Positions 1 to 12,785 of a stretch of DNA of 64,000 nucleotides are shown piece by piece. The DNA lies in NCBI RefSeq assembly GCF_006345805.1, contig NC_043017.1, forward strand, positions 3,658,001-3,722,000, given 5' to 3'. The first letter of the stretch is position 1. The number at the start of each line of letters is the position of its first letter. Below the pieces are notes generated by a model that saw only the letters and a program-made list of their open reading frames with translations, was not told the origin of the DNA and did no database searches. This DNA is from Octopus sinensis. Taxonomy: Eukaryota. The translations under genes were made by a program, and so were the position numbers.

Positions 1-1022
1 TAGAAAGATACAGAGGCATACAATCATATGCATGTACATACACGTACAGCCGCATATATGAATCTATCTCATAGCTTCGTTGACTGTATAATAAATGTCC
101 AGTGTCCAGTGTCCGCCTCCGACCCCATTCCTCGTTCCATCCTATGTTGATCCTGACTCCTCCCTCCCCGTTACTGGCAACCGTTATATTTAATGTTGAA
201 GGCCCAAATCCCGTCGGGTGTCGGGTGGATGAGAAGAAAGCAGTGATTCTACTCTGCCATGTAAGTCACGTCCGATTCGTTTTGTTATTCGGACACAGGG
301 AGAGTTAAATAGTTCATCCCTTGACAGGAATCCTCGGACCATACATGCGTACATACATACACACATACATACATACATACATACATACATACATACATAC
401 ATACATACACACATACATACATACATACATACATACATACATACATACATACATACACACATGCATACATACACACATGCATACATACATACATATATGC
501 ATACATACATACATACATTACATACATACATACATACATTACATACATACATACATACATACATTACATACATACATACATACATACATGCGTACATAAA
601 TACATGCATATCAATATAAAAACACATATATGCAGGTATTAGCAAACAGCATGTGTTGCTATCTATCTATCTATCTATCTATCTATCTGTCTGTCTGTCT
701 GTCTGTATGTATGTCTGTCTGCCTGTCTGTCTGTCTGCCTAATGCAATGATTGTATATTTGCATTTCTTTGTATCATTGTCTGTTTCTCTATTTCTGTCA
801 CTCTCCGACTTATATGTGCGTGTGTATGTGTGTATGTATTCTTACAAACACACATACATATGCATACAAACGCATTGGTAAGTAGCTTGCTTCCCAAGCA
901 CATGGTTCCGGTTTCAGTCCCACTGCGTGGCACCTTGGGCAAGTGTCTTCAACTTTAGGCTTGGGACGACCAAAGCCTTGTGAGTGGATTTGGTAGACAG
1001 AAACTGAAAGAAGCCCATCGTA

Positions 1023-1055
<33 letters not shown>

Positions 1056-1294
1056 GTTTGTGCGTTTGTGTTTGTCCCCACAACATCGCTTGACAACCAA
1101 TGCTGCTGTGTTTACGTCCCCGTAAACTAGCGGTTCGGTAAAAAAGACCGATACAATAAGTACTAGGCTTACAAAGAATGAATTCTGGGTCGATTGGTTC
1201 GACAAAAGTTGATGCTCCAGCATGGCCGCAGTCAAATGGCTGAAAAGAAAAAAAAACGAATAAAAGAAAAGAGTATATATATACGTATATATGC

Positions 1295-1329
<35 letters not shown>

Positions 1330-1561
1330 TATATATATATACGTATACATGTATATGTATATATACTCTTTTACTCTTTTACTTGTTTCAGTCATTTGAC
1401 TGTAGCCATGCTGGAGCACCACCTTTTAAATCTGGCCTCCCCGGCGGGGGAATCCAACCCCGGTCTCCCGCGTGACAGGCGGGTATACTTACCACTATAC
1501 TACCGAGGAGTATATATATATATATATATTTATGTATACGTATGTATATGTTTACGTATGT

Positions 1562-1603
<42 letters not shown>

Positions 1604-2124
1604 TTATATACATACACATATACGTACATACACACATATATATATATCGTAAAGCACATACAAACTTACATATACACATGAATGTTTTAGAACATGTTTA
1701 TATAGGGTAAATATCTACACACAAACACACACACACACACACACACGCACATGCTCATGCACATACATGTCGCGCACGCACACACATGTAAAGAAATGTA
1801 CGAGACGTTTCTTATCAAAGGTTACGACTTCTTACATTAGAAAGATAATCGTTTCATGAAGTCCTTTATCTTTGACACAATCTCGTTGCTACAGAAACAA
1901 GACACAATTCTGGAATTTTCACTCCGCCCCCTTATGCTCTGAGTTCAGTCCCCCATCATGGTTGACCTTGCCATTTATGTCTCTATCTACGTCAATAAAT
2001 CAGTTCTTGTTCATATTATTGGGTTGGCTTGTATTGCCCTTTGCCCCCATGCACTCCCCACCGTGGAATATACTGTATACATACATACATACATTTATTT
2101 CTCTCCTTGTTTTTTTCTGTGTAC

Positions 2125-2160
2125 CTTTCTGTCGAAGAGCGTAGGCTCGAAACGTAAAAG
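2125..2160 (+). ncRNA. Minimal type I hammerhead ribozyme motif (variant core CUGUCGA)
   Basis: cttt-CTGTCGA-a-gagc(gtag)gctc-GAAA-CG-TA-aaag; stem I cttt/aaag, palindromic ACGU stem III. Confidence 0.6.
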
Positions 2161-2257
2161 ACTTTTTCTATTTCTATTCCTGAGCGCTATACTAATACAT
2201 TTGTTTGTTTGTACTCCACCTGCCTTCGTCTTTTGTTTATTTTCGTAAACTTTCCCG

Positions 2258-2291
<34 letters not shown>

Positions 2292-2391
2292 TTAATCCAA
2301 ACATGAAAACACAAAGAGAAAACACAACAACGCGAGGACGTGGAACAAATATAGTATTATTGGACGCTCAGGAAGGAAGGGAAGAAGGAGG

Positions 2392-2426
2392 GTTTTACGT
2401 TTCGAGCGGAGCTCTTCGTCAGAAAC
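2392..2426 (-). ncRNA. Minimal type I hammerhead ribozyme motif (canonical core)
   Basis: Minus strand: gttt-CTGACGA-a-gagc(tcc)gctc-GAAA-CG-TA-aaac. Confidence 0.72.
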
Positions 2427-2474
2427 ATAGGAAAAGGAAAGATCCAGAGAAGGGAATACTCTTTTACTTGTGTC

Positions 2475-2753
2475 AGGAGGGTGGGGTAACACATCCCAGC
2501 CGAGCTGCAGCAATTTTTGTCTGGTTCCCAAAGCATCAAGTGCAGAAAATGAACTTTCTTATCTTCCATTTTAAAGGGTTACAGAATTAACATAGGTTAT
2601 AGGAACATAAACCTTCTTCCACGAAAAGATAGCTTAAACTGTGCTCTAAATGGAGGTGTAGTCAAATCCTATTTTATGGACTCAGCCACGTTCTAAAATA
2701 AGTCGAAAGGTTTGCTACTATAAATCGGCACGAACTTTCCGGACAACCCAATA
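2475..2753 (-). mobile_element. Mariner fragment (TIR plus transposase remnant)
   Basis: TIR tattgggttgtccggaaagtt at 2753 (also at about 31121); translation TRQKLLQLGWDVLPHPP matches the mariner W.VLPHPPYSPDLAP motif. Confidence 0.75.
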
Positions 2754-3627
2754 TTTCCTTATCTGTATCTTTCAATACATCTCAACGCTTCTAAAGCAAA
2801 CTCTGTTAACTTTCAACGTAAGTTGAATTTAACACGTATGTATGTTTGTATGTATGAATGTATCTGTGTATTGGTGTGTGTGTGTGTGTGTTGTGTGTGT
2901 GTGTGTTGTGTGTGTGTGTGTGTTTCTCATTTTGCAAGTTTTTGGTCATTTCAGTCATATCTACTGAAAAGTGCTTAAGTTATGACCATCACGTTTTTCT
3001 TTAAAATTTAATGTATCTAGGTCTACATTATTCTAGGTGTACCCACCGCATTTTTAAGGCAATTAAGCATGGTTTATTTATAAGCAGGAATTTAGCAGAA
3101 GTTTGAGTGTAGAACAGAATGTGTTACATGTCTGGTTTTGACTCTTTATATTCAGAGTACGAGGTAAATCTTAGTTGAGGTCCCCAAACTCAGAAATTAT
3201 AGCGTCAATTTGGGGATACTCTCTTTACTCTTTTACTTGTTTCAGTCATTTGACTGCGGCCATGCTGGAGCACCGCCTTTAATCGAGCAACTCGACCCCG
3301 GGACTTATTCTTTTGTAAGCCCAGTACTTATTCTATCGGTCTCTTTTGCCGAACCGCTAAGTAACGGGGACATAAACACACCAGCATCGGTTGTCAAGCA
3401 ATGATAGGGGGACAAACACAGACACACAAACACACACACGCATATATATATACATATATACGGCGTGGCTGTGTGGTAATTAGGTAGCTTACCAACCGCA
3501 TGGTTCTGGGTTCAGTCCCACTGCGTGGCACCTTGGGCAAGTGTCTTCTACTATAGCCTCGGGCCGACCAAAGTCTAATCATGCAGTACAGAACACTATG
3601 GAGTAGTTAACGGTAATTTGAAATGAT

Positions 3628-3861
3628 TAAGGCGGCGAGCTGGCAGAAACGTTAGTACGCCGGGCGAAATGCGTAGCCGTAATTCGGCTGTCGTTACGTT
3701 GTGAGTTCAAATTCCGCTGAGGTCGACTTTGCCTTTCATCCTTTCGGGGTCGATAAGTTAAGTACCAGTTACGCACTGGGGTCGATGTAATCGACTTAAT
3801 ACCTATGTCTGTCTTTGTCCCTTCTATGTTTAGCCCCTTGTGGGTAATAAAGAAATAGGTA
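3628..3861 (+). mobile_element. SINE family B (representative copy)
   Basis: aaggcggcgagctggcagaaacg...gagttcaaattcc...ctttcatcctttcggggtcgata. Many copies, e.g. 14085-14230(-), 20060-20600(-, tandem), 54120-54340(+), 59265-59465(+), 63560-63770(-). Confidence 0.85.
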
Positions 3862-4509
3862 ATTTGAAAGGATTTAAAAGCAAGGATCAGTTATAAATGG
3901 CCTTGAAATAACGGTTTACAGAGAAGTTTTCCAAATCTCGACATCTTCTTTCACCTTCGCCAATGTTTTTCTCAAGAAAGTCGACTACAGAATTTTATGG
4001 ATGGAAAATTCTGCTCTTACATAAAATGACATAGTTTTTTGAACCTGTGAATCTGCCATCGGTGGAGAAAAATTTACTGAAACTATGGACCTAGTATTTT
4101 ACAAAAAAAAAAAAAAAAGATAGAGGAAGTCTCGAACTCAGAATAAACGGTCAGCAAGACGCTGCTGAGAATCGAAACTTGTACTTCTCAAATTCAGGGA
4201 CTTGTACCATTAAGCTAAGCGACTGCTGACAGCAGATGATGTCTTTTACAATGCTAAATATTAGATTTTGGAATGTGGGAACATTTTTATAAACAAACGT
4301 CCGTCTTCTAAGGTATTTACTCGATCTTCCCAGCTATTCCACAGCTATTCTGCGTTCTAAAATTCCTCTATTTTCTGTAAAACTCCAAATCGCTCGACGC
4401 TTCAAAGTTTGTTTATACACCACAGCGGTGGTGCACCAGCATGGCCGCGGCCTTCGGGCTAAAACATTTTAAAGGATTTAAGGATATATGGACCCAATAT
4501 TTGACTATT

Positions 4510-4860
4510 TTGAAGACATGTGCATCTGGTCGTCTGCTTACAGGTGAATGCAGCCGAGGATTTCTGCCAGTTCATGGAATGTATTTTGGTGGATGGCAAA
4601 ACAAATGCTCCTCGCTTCAACACTAATATTAGAAGCTTGACACTATACCTTTCAGATGACCATTGAATGCAGGTATCCAGTCATTCGGGCACTCATTGAA
4701 CCGTTGAAAAGACAGCAAAGCACAAGTTTTCTGGCCTTATGACAAGCAAACAATAACGAATATTAAGCCCAGTAGGGGACCCGTCAAACGTCGTCTGAAA
4801 GATATTGTTGAACATCAAAACGAAAGAACTATACTGAATTATATAAAAGGAATAGTATTT
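4510..4860 (+). mobile_element. Possible decayed MULE-like transposase C-terminus
   Basis: Fragments LEA*H, YPVIRALIEPLKRQQ and RRLKDIVEHQNERTILNYIKGIVF resemble invertebrate MULE C-terminal motifs (from memory). Confidence 0.4.
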
Positions 4861-5752
4861 TTCTTTTGTTTTTACTTGTTTCAGTCATTTGACTATAGCC
4901 ATGCTGGAGCACCGCCTTTAGTCGAGCAAATCGACCCCGGGACTTATTCTTTGTAAGCCCAGTACTTATTCTATCGATCTCTTTTGCCGAACCGCTAATC
5001 TACGGGGACGTAAACACACCAGCATCGGTTGTCAAGCAATGCTAGGGGGACAAATACAGACACACAAACACATACATACATATATATATACATATATACG
5101 ACAGGCTTCTTTCAGTTTCCGTCTACCAAATCCACTCACAAGGCATTGGTCTGCCCGGGGCTATAGCAGAAGACACTTGCCCAAGATGCCACGCAATGGG
5201 ACTGAACCCTGAACCATGTGGTTGGTTAGCAAGCTACTTACCACACAGCCACTCCTGCGCCTATTTATACAAAATTCCACTGTAAATATACAATGTATAT
5301 GAAGGACATGGATTACCAATGCGTAGCTGGTGTTCATGTACCTACAGTTAATCTTTTCGTAGAGTTTGATGTCAAATGCAGTCAATTCTGTATACTGTAC
5401 TTGATGTATAAAATAGTTGAGGCCAGTAAAATTACGGCCTTTTGGAGGAAATATCGATCACTTACAGGGCACAAGTCCAAATCTCAGAATATAGAGTCAA
5501 ATGCGACATTCTTCTAAAATGAATGCAACTTATTTACGCAAACACACACACATATGTGTATGTGTTATCTGTGTGTATGGGTGTGTGTATGTGTAAGTAT
5601 ATGCACGTATTTATACGCATGTGCTTATGTACGCATGTGCTTATGTATGTATGTATGTATGTATGTATGTATCTATCTATCTATCTATTTATCTATCTAT
5701 CCATCATCCATCTATCATCTATCTATCTTCTATCTATCTATCCATCTATCCC

Positions 5753-5852
<100 letters not shown>

Positions 5853-6209
5853 ACTCCTCTCTCTCTCTCTATCTATATATATATATATTATATATATATA
5901 TGATGTTTGTATGTATGTTATCCCGTCTACTCCAGTCCGGTCATATGACAAAAATGGGTAGAGTACCTATGTATTTCAAAGGGCCAACCTTGTCACATTC
6001 TGTGTCACACTCAATCTCTTTGAGAGCTAGGTTAAGGGTACGTGTGTCTGTCGCGTACTCAGTCACTTAGACGTTAATTTCACAAGCAGGCTGTTCTGCT
6101 GATTCAGATCAACCGGAACCCACGCCGTCGTATGCTACGGAATGCCAGTTATGCATGTATGTATGTATGTATGTATATATGTATGTATATATGTATGTAT
6201 GTATGTATG

Positions 6210-6243
<34 letters not shown>

Positions 6244-8509
6244 TGTATGTATGTATGTATGTATGTATGTATGTATGTATATGCGTGTGGAGGCGTATGA
6301 TGGATTAGTGGTTAGAGTGTTACACTTATGATAATAAGATTGTGGTTTCGATTCCTGGACGAGGCGATGCGTTGTGTTCTTGAGCCAAACACTTCGTTTC
6401 ATGTTGCTCCAGTCTACTCAGCCGGCAAAAATGAGTAATCCTACGACGACTAGCGTCCCGTCCAGGGGTGAGGGGAATATATACGCCACAGAATCAGGGA
6501 AACTGGACTTGTGAGCCTATGGCTCAAGAAGGACGTTTGATCCTTTTCGAAGTATGTATGTACACACACACACATAGACACGACTATCACGCCTCTGTGT
6601 GCGAGCAGGCAACAGCAGAAATGTGAAAATCAGAGCAGCAAAATAGTAAATGTGAGATGCAATGCTAGGAAAATAGCAAATTCGGGGTTCATATTATTAA
6701 GGGTCTATAACAAAAAATTTTGCTTTTGATATATTTATTGCAAGAAACAGCTAGGTTTATTTCTCAAAAGTTTTACATAGTTCAACCTACGCAAAAGAAA
6801 CCAAAAAAAAAGAGAAAACGAACATTTTTATTTCCCATATTGAGTACTTTCCCCCAATTGCGTCAAAAGAACATGTGAAATATTTATTTACATCTGTGGG
6901 TATTTAAACTTGTTTATACTTCAGCGCATTGCGACAAATATTTCCGCTATAATTCGCCCTTGAGTCGCTAGGCTATAGGACCAACTTACCTATATGCGTA
7001 TTTGTACCATTGCCTGAAATACTGATTATGATAAGATTTTAGTTTTAATGGAACAGATGTTAAATAAAATATTGGTTCCAAATTTTGGCACATGGTCAGC
7101 AATTTTAGAGGATTACATTGACCCTAGTGTTTTGCTGGCACTTATTTCATCGACTCTGAAAGAATGAAAAGTAAAGTCGATCTCAGCGGAATTTGAACTG
7201 GAAAACATAAAGACAGACGAAATGGCGCTAAACATTACTAGCTGGCCTGGCGCGCTAACCATTCTGCCAGCTCGCCCACCGAATATAGAACGGAATATTA
7301 CGTAGTAGTTGGTTCATTTCTATATTCGCTTAAATATAGACTTATGGTCGTAGCTCTGCTTAGAAGATTCCTGAACAATGAATACCTTAACTACAGTTTC
7401 TTCGTTCAATGCTTCAGATTCAATTCGATCTGCAATCTGACCAATCAAAAAATCCCTCAGTCATTGTATCTCTTGTTTAATCCGTAAAACCAGTTCCCTA
7501 TTGAAGGTCTTTGGTGCCACAACATAATCATTATATTATATTTACCCTTTTTACTCTCTTTTACTTGTGTCAGTCATTTGACTGCGGCCATGCTGGAGCA
7601 CCGCCTTTTAGTCGAGCAACTCGACCCCAGGACTTATTCTTTGTAAGCCTAGTACTTATTCTATCGTTCTCTTTTTGCCGAACTGCTACGTTACAGGTAC
7701 GTAAACACACCACCATCGGTTGTCAAGCGATGTTGGGGGGGGGGGGACAAACACAGACACACAACACACACACACATATACAAATATATACATATACAAA
7801 TATATGACGGGCTTCTTTCAGTTTCCGTCTACCAAATCCACTCACAAGGCTTTGGTCGGCCCGAGGCTATAGTTGAAGACCAGGTGCCACGCAGTGGGAC
7901 TGAACCCGGAACCATATGGTTGGTAAGCAAGCTACTATTTTCTTGTTTCAGTCGTTTGACTGCGGCCATGCTGGAGCACGGCCTTGAAGAATTTCTAGTC
8001 GAATGAATCGACCTTTTTCTAAAGCCTGTTACTCATTCTATTGGTGTCTTTTGCCGAACCGCTCAGTTGCGGGCACAGAAACCCACCAACACCGGTTGTC
8101 AAGAGGTGATGGAAGACAAATGCAGACACAAAGACACACGTACATATATACATACACACATGCATACATTCATACATAATATATGTATATATATAAATTA
8201 GAGATAAAACCACTATTATGCAACTCAAACAGCGATAAGCATAAATCAAAACATAAATAACAAATAATATATTTTTTTTAAAAACATATCTAGATCTCGA
8301 AAAATATAAAAATGAATGGTCAATATATAATAAGTAATAAGTAGTAATATATATATATGACAGGCTCCTTTCGGTTTCCGTCTACCAAATCACAAGGTTT
8401 TGGTCAGCCCGCGGCTATAGTAGAAGACATTTGAGCAAGGTGCCAAGCAGTGGGACTGATCTCGGAACCATGTGGTTGGGAAGCAAACGTCTTACCACGC
8501 AACCAGGAC

Positions 8510-8549
<40 letters not shown>

Positions 8550-8753
8550 AAGTACACATATATCGTAGCTGTAAGCTAAACAAGTGACTCAAGCAAGGGC
8601 CTGGAGTTCCGTCTACAAAGAAATTGCCAAATTGCTTAGGAAGTACCTTGAAACGAGACACTTGTCTCGTGATTCATCCTTGGAGCTACGCATCGAGCAA
8701 ATAACGCATTCTTCGTTTTAAGTATTGAGTTCTTAAACTTCCATTTGCAAGAC

Positions 8754-8811
<58 letters not shown>

Positions 8812-8989
8812 ATACGTCTTTGCAACTCATTCCCTTCCAACTCATCCCCTCTGCTTTTTAAGGTATATTTTTGTTTTTTTTACCTTGCGCTGTTTTCGTT
8901 CCCTACCCCGTCACTCTTTCACTTCCACACTCCTTTCCACCAACGCAGAAACTCATTCATTTCCGATTCCATTTTTTTCCCTTTCCTGT

Positions 8990-9024
8990 ACACACACATC
9001 TCCCCTTCTCTTTCTCTCCTCCTT

Positions 9025-9061
<37 letters not shown>

Positions 9062-10620
9062 TTTAACCCTCCCACTCTGTGCATCAGTCCACTCCTCACT
9101 CTATCACTCAAGTCATTCTATTTCGCTATCTCCCACAACCGTTTCTCTTCCTCTCCACCCTCTTACCTGTTCTCTCTCCCCTTCTCTTTCTTTCCTCCTT
9201 TCTCTCTCTCTCTCTCTCCTGTCTGTCTGTCTGTCTCCTCACTCTCTCTCTTTTAACCCTCCCACTCTGCGCATTAGTCCAACCCTCACTCTATCACTCA
9301 AGTCACTCCATTTCGCTCTCTCCCATATCCGTTTCTCTTCCTCTCCACACTCTTACTTGTTCTCTCTCCTTCTCACGCTCTCCATCTCCCCCTCTCTCAC
9401 TTCTTAGTATCTCTATTTTACCATTTAAATTTCACCCTCTCTTTCTCTCTCCTCTCACTCTCACTCATTCTCACTCATTCTCACTGCCTGCCTTTCTCCC
9501 CCTGCCTCTCTATTCCTTCCATACTTTCTTTTCACTCTCTCCGAAACCTTCTTCTTGATATGCTTCTTTTTCTTCTTTATTTCCTCTCATATTCTCCCAA
9601 CCGCTTTAAGTCTATCTTTACTCTCCTTCTCTCCCCCTCTCTCTCTCCTAAAGCTTCTTCTCCTCTCTCTCTCTCTCTCTCTCCAAATGTAACTTTATTG
9701 CATCTTTTTCTTTCTACGATTCTCTCGCTGATATCTCTCTATCTTTTCTTTTCGTCACCCATGTATTCCCCTTCTCCTCCTCCTCCTCCTCCTCCTTCTT
9801 CTTCTTCTTCTTCTCCTCCTCCTCCTCTTTCTTCCTCTTTCTTCCTCTTTCTTCCTCTTTCTTCCTCTTCTTCTTCTCCTTCTCCTCCTTCTTCCTTCTC
9901 TTCTTCTTCTTCTTCTTTCACTTCTTCTTCTTTTTCTTCTTCTTTTTCTTCTTCTTCTTCTTCTTCTTCTTCTTCTCCTCCTCCTTCATCTTCTTCTCCT
10001 CTTCTTCTCTTCCTCGCCCTCTTCCACTTCCTCTAATTACTCCTACCACTCGCTACTTTTCCATCGCCCTCCCTCCCTCCCTCGTATTTCCTTACGTATA
10101 CCGTTCTTTCACACCTCCCACTTATTCTTTTCTCTCCTCCTACTCTTTCGAATCCTCATTCTTTTCCTCCCTCATTTTCTTTTGTTTTTTTCGTTCACTC
10201 TCTCTGCCACTGTTTCACTTTATCAAAATCCTCCCCCCTCTTGGAGCCCTGTGGCTCTCCGTATCACCTCCTTCTCTCCACTTTTCTTCCTCTCACTCTT
10301 TCTGTAATCAATTTCTCTCTCTCTCTCTCTCTGTATGTCTCTCTGTGTATGTCTCTGTCTCTCTCTGTCTCTTTGTCTCTTTCTCTCTCTGTCTCTGTAT
10401 CTCTCTCTCTCTGTCTCTCTCTCTCTTTCTCTTCCCCTCTTTTTCTGTGAATGTGAATCTCTCCATGTTTGTCACTACGCCAGGGGCTTTCTACTTATCT
10501 CTCTGCCAATTTCTGCCTATCTTTCTGTTTTTCTCTACCCCCATTACCGTCTGTTTTGCCCTGTCTTTCTGTGACTCTGTCTGAGTCTCTCTCTCTCTCC
10601 CTCACTCTCTCTCTCTACTC
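8990..10620 (+). repeat. Long polypyrimidine low-complexity tract with internal about 190-bp duplication
   Basis: CT/CTT/CCT repeats; aaccctcccactctg...ctatcactcaagtca repeated at about 9065 and 9255. Confidence 0.85.
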
Positions 10621-10920
10621 TACTCAATTAGCAGAAGTTCCAGCCTTTCTGCCCATTGTCAGGATGATTCTACTCAAGAATTACGCGAAGAGTACTCTCG
10701 CTTGAACTTCGCGACACAAAACTAACGAAAAAGTGATCCAGTTAATTGAACAATTGAATGTCCATCGTCAAAACCGACAGGGAACTCATAATCGATTTTC
10801 TGAACCCAGAACCATGTGGTTGGAATGCAACCTACTTACCACACAGCCACTCCGGCGCTTTGTTATTATTTTTTAATATTCAATTATCCGATCTGACTTT
10901 AAAATGTGACCTCGTGTGTA

Positions 10921-11110
10921 CCGTTGGCGATTTTTTTCCCTCTGTCTTCCCTTCTCTGGATCTTTCCTTCTCCTATGTTTCCGACGAAAAGCTCCGCTCG
11001 AAACATTAAACCCTCCTTCTTTCCTTCTTTCCTGAGCGTCCAATAATACTATATTTGTTCCACGTCCTCGCGTTGTTGTGTTTTTTTGTGTTTTCTTGTT
11101 TGGATTAACT
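10921..11110 (+). mobile_element. Short PLE-LTR-like element with hammerhead variant (CCGACGA...GAAAC), ending at (TA)n
   Basis: Homologous to about 2290-2460 (minus) and about 52240-52430 (plus); shared gtttc(c/t)gacgaagagctccgctcgaaac and tttcctgagcg. Confidence 0.65.
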
Positions 11111-11287
11111 TTCTATATATATATATATATTATATATTATATTATATATATATATATATATATAATATATATCTATATAATATATATAAGTATAATATAT
11201 ATATATATAACACGTATATATATATATGCATGTATGTAGTATGTATCTATGTATAAGGATGAAAGGAACACACGAGTTGATATATAG

Positions 11288-11576
11288 GGAAAAACAAGTC
11301 AGGATAGAAAATACTAAAATAATTTTATAAAGAAGATTTTAGTACCGGTTCCAGTCATTGAGACTTTTTCAACTGTAACAATTAAATAATTAAGTTTAGA
11401 AAAATTAAAAGAAAAGTTTGAACACTATACAAATATTCTTTTATAAAATCTTTTCTTTTAATTTTTCTAAATTTAATTATTTAATTGTTACAGTTGAAAA
11501 AGTCTCAATGACTGGAACCGGTACTAAAATTTTCTAAATAAAATTATTTTAGCATTTTCTATCTTGACTTGTTTTT

Positions 11577-11578
<2 letters not shown>
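11288..11578. mobile_element. Fold-back element: about 129-bp arms, 33-nt loop, degenerate hammerhead in the arms
   Basis: Arms 11288-11416 and 11450-11578 are reverse complements with about 6 mismatches; TA tracts nearby on both sides. Confidence 0.7.
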
Positions 11579-11615
<37 letters not shown>

Positions 11616-12347
11616 ATATTTTATCTCTTGTTTCAGTCACTGGACAGCTGCCATGCTGGAGCACTTCCTTCAAGAATTTTTAGTTGAACGAATTGGCCTC
11701 AGTACTTATTTTTGCTTCTTGTAAGCCTGACCCTTGTTCTCTCGGCCTGTTTGCCGAACTGCTAAGTCACGGGGAAGTAAACTCACCAGCATCGGTTGTC
11801 AAGCGATGGTAGTGAGGGTCAAGCATAGACACAAAGATAGACACACACATAAATATATACATACATATATACGACGGGTTTCTTTCAGTTTCCTTTTACC
11901 AATTCCACTCACTAGGATTTGGTCGGCCCGAGGCTGTAATAGAAGACTCTTAGCTAAGGTGCCACACAGTGGATGAGTTCATACACACAAACATATATAC
12001 ATACATATATACATACATATATACATACATATATATATATATACATGTTTTATAGCTAAAGTATTCAGTAATTTTTCGGTTTAATGTAAAATTTTCATTA
12101 TAATACGACAAACAAATATTTATGTTTATATGTGTGTATGTATGTATGTATGCATATGTTTGTGTGTGTTGCTGTGTGTGTGTGTGTGTGTGTGGTTCAC
12201 TTATCACACATATGCTAATCCATTATCAGATCAATAAAAAAAGGAAAAAAATTGATTATGGTGACAAACTATATTCATCTGGATGTGCTACATATGAAGT
12301 CAATCGATTAAACCTAGACTTGCTAACCAACTGTAAACATATTTATA

Positions 12348-12520
12348 TAGGCGCAGGAGTGGCTGTGTCGGTAAGTAGCTCGCTTACCAACCACATGGTT
12401 CCGGGTTCAGTCCCATTGCGTGGCACCTTGGGCAAGTGTCTTCTACTCTAGCCTCAGACCGACCAAAGCCTTGTGAGTGGATTTGGTAGACGGAAACTGA
12501 AAGAAGCCCGTCGTATATAT

Positions 12521-12577
<57 letters not shown>

Positions 12578-12785
12578 CAGTGTTTGCCTCCCCACCACCA
12601 CCACCACCACCATCGCTTGATAACCGATGCTGGTGTGTTTACGTCCCCGTAAATTAGCGGTTCGGCAAAAAGAGACCGATAGAATAAGTACTAGGTTTAC
12701 AAAGAATAAGTCCTGGGGTTGGTTTGCTCGACTAAAGGCGGTGCTCCAGCATGGCCGCAGTCAAATGACTGAAACAAGTAAAAGG
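12348..12785 (+). mobile_element. tRNA-headed SINE family A (representative copy)
   Basis: Head TGGCTGTG(T)GG / GGTTCAGTCCC boxes. Other copies at about 876-1273(+), 3217-3575 (composite), 4866-5263(-), 7543-7937(-), 11620-11970(-), 45078-45439(-), 46180-46583(+), 60250-60415(-). Confidence 0.85.

Noticed and set aside
190-881. Long ORFs of MYVC/YIHT/IYLS repeats (and dozens like them across the window)
   Set aside because: Translations of TATG, TA, CA and TCTA microsatellites; no coding signal.
955-1475. Recurrent ORFs with HAGAPP / WSARGYSRRHLPK peptides
   Set aside because: Chance translations of SINE family A copies.
12348-12430. tRNA-like sequences with A and B boxes (many copies)
   Set aside because: SINE heads continuing into SINE bodies; no complete cloverleaf supported.
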